From an uncultured delta proteobacterium (GTDB lineage: Bacteria; Desulfobacterota; Desulfomonilia; Desulfomonilales; Desulfomonilaceae): a stretch of 64,000 nt of DNA. The notes under the pieces are model-generated. The model searched no databases. It was not told the DNA's origin and saw nothing but the letters and a program-made list of their open reading frames with translations. The DNA is taken from the NCBI GenBank assembly GCA_963789265.1, contig CAWBKB010000003.1:576001-640000 (forward strand), in the 5' to 3' direction. The translations under genes and the position numbers were made by a program. Positions 62,649-64,000 of this stretch are shown here, one piece after another. The first letter of the stretch is position 1, and every line of letters starts with the position of its first letter.

Positions 62649-64000
62649 ATGGAAAACGTGGGTAAAATGATCTCGCCTGGCAAAAGCCGATATCTCGAAA
62701 TTCAGCATCTCCTGAAAGAATCCTGGGCAATGGGCTGGCCCATGATCCTAATCATGTTCTTTCAGTTCGCCATACTTCTAACTGATGTCTATGTGGCAGG
62801 CTTTTTGGGGACAGATGTGCTTGCTGCAGTGGGTTACGTGGCTCAGCTATATTGGACTCTCATGATAATGGCCAATGGACTCAGCATGGGGACGGTCGCC
62901 ATGGTTTCACAGGCTTATGGCGCCAAATCCAGTGACGGGGTGGGATGCATAACTGCCAATTCACTATTGGTGGCTCTTTGTGTATCAGGTGTTTTGACAG
63001 TGGTTGCTCAGCTCTATCCTGCATCAATTGTGCGTCTCGCCGGAATGCCGCAGGGAATTCAGACCATAGCCGAATCTTTCTTACGGGTCTTTTCATTAGT
63101 TCTGGTTCCCACGTACCTTCTCGATTATAACCAGCGGTGTGCTGCGCTCCTCGGGCCGCATCCACATTGCGATGGTAAACAGTCTTGTGGCCGCATGCGT
63201 CAATGTGACGGGCGAGCTTGCTCTTAGCTTCGGCTGTGGCCCAATCCCGGCGCTCGGGTACATTGGGATCGCTTGGGCTTCGGCGATCGCTACCACTTTG
63301 GGCATGTCGCTGAATCTGATGTACGTACTCTCCGGCCCTTCCAGGGTAACACTGGGCTCCCTGACCACGCCTCTATTTGGCTGCATCAAAAACCTTGTGA
63401 AACTCGGCGTCCCCACCGCTCTTCAACAGACCGCATGGAATGCCGGGACACTTGTGGTGTACTTCTTGGTGGCGCACTTGCGGGGAGGAGAGGTTACCGC
63501 TCTTGCGGCCATGTCTGCCGGCGTGCGCATAGAGGCAATCATCTTTCTCCCTATCTTTGGTCTTAACATGGCCTCCGCAGTTTTGACCGGGAACAGACTC
63601 GGCGCGGGTGATGTGGTTGGAGCCAGGTTCTGGAGCCAAGGTGACAACGATGCTCTGTCTGGCACTCATACTTTTGCCTGCGTTGGCTATATTCATTTTC
63701 GCGCCGGAAATCTCACGCCTGTTGACCCGAGACCCCGCGGTGCTTCGAGAGATGACGCGCTATCTGCGGATAAATATGATAGGCGAGCCATTTATGGCTA
63801 TCGGGGTTTCCCTGTCCGGGGCTTTGCAGGGAGCGGGGGATACCTTCGCCACAATGAGGATTATCTTCACGGGAATGTGGCTGCTTAGAATTCCTCTCAT
63901 CCTTGGCGCAATCTATATTCTTCAGACGAGCGCATCAGGGGTCTGGTGGTCGATGGCCATCTCCATGGCAATCATGTGCGGATTGTTGGCAAACAGATTC
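62649..64000 (+). CDS. MATE family efflux transporter; frameshifts near 63120 and 63625; runs off the window end
   Basis: WAMGWPMIL, DVYVAGFLG, VSQAYGA, LRSSG, LGYIGIAWAS, GNRLGAGD. Confidence 0.88.

Overview
Chromosomal segment of an anaerobic deltaproteobacterium-type bacterium; a Desulfomonile-like lineage is inferred from protein style and is not proven. Housekeeping genes (priA, proC, tRNA-Cys, mrcA, lon, rsfS, nadD, rseP, tsaB, apbE, carB) are interspersed with several accessory elements: a cell-surface glycosylation cassette (about 4.4-19.1 kb: two GT-C-like membrane proteins, two GT2, DUF2304, two B12-binding radical SAM enzymes, a SAM methyltransferase, galE and a UDP-glucuronate epimerase), a 2-hydroxyacyl-CoA dehydratase alpha subunit plus activator, selenium-trait markers (yqeB, yedF), a LIV-type ABC transporter, tandem HIT paralogs and several small secreted orphans. 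About 11 genes, including priA and rsfS, carry single-base frameshifts; these are most likely long-read indel errors rather than true pseudogenes. The most striking unexplained structure is non-coding. At least seven families of short palindromic (REP/MITE-like) elements sit nested inside one another in intergenic spaces. A roughly 15-19 nt CCCGCG-loop-CGCGGG micro-hairpin repeatedly interrupts other repeat families, and one repeat composite is inserted in-frame into a membrane-protein gene. No transposase, integrase, CRISPR array or rRNA was seen.
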